The position numbers and the translations under genes were made by a program. From positions 41,912,001-41,976,000 of the forward strand of contig OZ024748.1 of assembly GCA_964016885.1 (NCBI GenBank): a DNA stretch of 64,000 nucleotides, in the 5' to 3' direction. The notes below the pieces were generated by a model. The model searched no databases and was not told the origin of the DNA. It saw only the letters and a program-made list of their open reading frames with translations. Source of the DNA: Eledone cirrhosa (Eukaryota). Below, in pieces: positions 61,938 through 64,000 of this stretch; position 1 is the first letter of the stretch; each line of letters begins with the position of its first letter.

Positions 61938-64000
61938 ATGAATCTGCGAGCTACCAAGCACCCACGTGAAGTGCCAACCCAGAGACCCTCCCCTACGAGT
62001 GTCGACAAATGCCCAAAACTCCGAGTTGGTACCATCAATGTAGGCTCAATGAAAGGAAGAGCAGGGGAAATCGTAGAAATGCTAGAGCGAAAGGAAGTTG
62101 ATGTATGCTGTGTGCAAGAGACTAGATGGAGAGGAGGGTCTGCTAGAGTCCTTGTAGGAAAAAGCCAGTGCTACAAATTTTTCTGGGTGGGAAATGACGA
62201 TGGGATGGGTGGTGTAGGTATACTACTAGCTGACAAGTGGGTAGATAAAGTAATCTCAGTGTACAGGGTAAATGCAAGAATCATTAAACTCAGACTAGTC
62301 CTGAATAAGACAATTACAACAATAATATCAGCTTACGCACCCCAATCGGGGCTGCCAGACGAACTTAAGGATAGGTTTTACGAGTCCCTAATACACACTA
62401 CTGCTCTAACAGACGACAAGGACTTCCTAATCATTGCAGGAGATTTTAACGGACACGTAGGTAAACACTGCGACGGCTTCAATAGAGTACATGGAGGCCA
62501 TGGAGTTGGCACAAGGAATGAGGAAGGATTCAGACTTCTAGAATTCTGCGACGCCAATGACATGTCAATATGTAACACAAACTTTAAAAAACCCGACAAC
62601 CACCTGATCACCTATAGATCAGGGGAGCACTCTAGTCAGTTAGATTTTATCCTCATCAGAGGACGTGACAGATGGACGGTCGTAAACACAAAAGCCTTCC
62701 CTAGTGAGGAATGTACATCCCAACATAGCTTAGTTGTCAGCGACCTCACGGACAGAACTAGACGAGCCCTGAAACAGAGGCCAACCTGGAGAAGAAAGAT
62801 CTGGAAGCTGAAAGTCCCCTCAACCAGTAACAGATTTAAAGATATTTTACTCAACGCCTACGACAGTAAAGAAGAACAGATAGAGACATTTAACGTAGAA
62901 GAGAACTGGGAGTTCCTAAAAAATAACTTACTAGAGGCGACGGATGAGGTTTGTGGCTGGAGTAAGACCTCAAGCAGGAGGAGAGTGACTTGGTGGTGGA
63001 ACAATAAGGTAGATGAAGCAGTCAAGGCCAAGAGACAGGCATGGAAAGAATGGAAGAACGGGGGGAGCAGGGTACATTACATAGAGACCAAGAGGGAAGC
63101 TAGGCGACAAGTATACTTAGCTAGGAGGGAAGCAGAGGATAGAAAATTCAAGCATGTTTTACAACGTGAGGACCAGAAACAGGAGGTATTCAAGATTGCG
63201 AGGCAGTGTGTCAGAGATAGTTGTGAGGTCATTGGAGAGAAGTGTATCCGGAATGATAAAGGTGAGCTTGCCCTCACAAGTGCTGAGAAGAAAGATGCAT
63301 GGAAGAGTCATTATGATAGATTACTAAATGAGGAGAATGCATGGGAAGAAGAGACCCTACCCCACGTAGACCCTATAGAGGGACCAGCAGTACAAGTCAG
63401 CGGCAGCGTAGTAAGTAAGGCAATCAGAGATATGAAGATAGGGAAGGCAACCGGTCCATCGGGTATAGCTGCCGAGATGCTGAAGGCATCTGGGTCTGTA
63501 GGTCACACTATAACCACACGTATCGTTAACCAGGTAATACTAGAGGGGGCCATACCAAAAGATTGGTGCAGTAGCATCATTGTCAACTGCTACAAAGGTA
63601 AAGGCGATGCACTAGATAGAGGAAACTATAGAGGTATAAAGTTGATGGACCAGGTCATGAAAGTAACAGAAAGAGTTATAGCACAGCTGATTAGGGACCG
63701 GGTGAATATAGACGAGATGCAATTTGGGTTTGTACCAGGGAAAGGCACCACTGATGCCCTCTTCCTTGTGAGGCAATTACAGGAAAAGTACCTAGCTAAA
63801 AGTAAGCCACTCTACTTGGCATTTGTCGACCTTGAGAAAGCCTTTGACAGAGTTCCACGTGCAGTAATCTGGTGGGCTCTTAGAAAACTAGGAGTAGATG
63901 AATGGCTTGTGAAAGCGGTACAAGCCATGTATAGGGGAGCAGTCAGCAAAGTTAGGATTGGCAATGAGTATAGCGAGGAATTTAGCGTACAGGTTGGGGT
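61938..64000 (+). CDS. RTE-clade LINE ORF (AP endonuclease and RT), partial at the window edge
   Basis: ATG at 61938; VGTINVGS, QETRW, SAYAPQ, GDFNGHVG, QLDFIL; KATGPSG, NYRGIKL, QFGFVPG, FVDLEKAFDRV; the ORF track lists no terminated ORF in this frame, consistent with an open frame to the edge. Confidence 0.9.
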   Translation, partial: MNLRATKHPREVPTQRPSPTSVDKCPKLRVGTINVGSMKGRAGEIVEMLERKEVDVCCVQETRWRGGSARVLVGKSQCYKFFWVGNDDGMGGVGILLADKWVDKVISVYRVNARIIKLRLVLNKTITTIISAYAPQSGLPDELKDRFYESLIHTTALTDDKDFLIIAGDFNGHVGKHCDGFNRVHGGHGVGTRNEEGFRLLEFCDANDMSICNTNFKKPDNHLITYRSGEHSSQLDFILIRGRDRWTVVNTKAFPSEECTSQHSLVVSDLTDRTRRALKQRPTWRRKIWKLKVPSTSNRFKDILLNAYDSKEEQIETFNVEENWEFLKNNLLEATDEVCGWSKTSSRRRVTWWWNNKVDEAVKAKRQAWKEWKNGGSRVHYIETKREARRQVYLARREAEDRKFKHVLQREDQKQEVFKIARQCVRDSCEVIGEKCIRNDKGELALTSAEKKDAWKSHYDRLLNEENAWEEETLPHVDPIEGPAVQVSGSVVSKAIRDMKIGKATGPSGIAAEMLKASGSVGHTITTRIVNQVILEGAIPKDWCSSIIVNCYKGKGDALDRGNYRGIKLMDQVMKVTERVIAQLIRDRVNIDEMQFGFVPGKGTTDALFLVRQLQEKYLAKSKPLYLAFVDLEKAFDRVPRAVIWWALRKLGVDEWLVKAVQAMYRGAVSKVRIGNEYSEEFSVQVG

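Overview
Eukaryotic (animal) genomic DNA, most likely a coleoid cephalopod such as Octopus (inferred from the SINE, RTE and MITE repertoire). The window lies inside one large minus-strand gene, an orthologue of virilizer/VIRMA (KIAA1429, m6A writer-complex scaffold). I traced 13 GT-AG exons with consistent phases (2595 nt, 865 codons); the 5' exons and the 3' part lie outside the window. The introns contain more than 15 minisatellite arrays, a head-to-tail cluster of L1/Tx1-type LINE copies embedded in (TATC)n tracts, an apparently intact RTE LINE running off the right edge, a non-autonomous Helitron, mariner/maT relics, MITEs, tRNA-derived SINEs and Penelope-like inverted repeats with hammerhead-ribozyme-like motifs. 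Most unusual: several arrays are amplified copies of the host gene's own splice junctions (donor copies have lost GT, acceptor copies keep AG), and the Tx1-like LINE appears targeted to, or tailed by, (TATC)n. The long ORFs at 7-12, 14-18, 30-34 and 44-51 kb are repeat artefacts. Family assignments come from motif recognition, not database searches.
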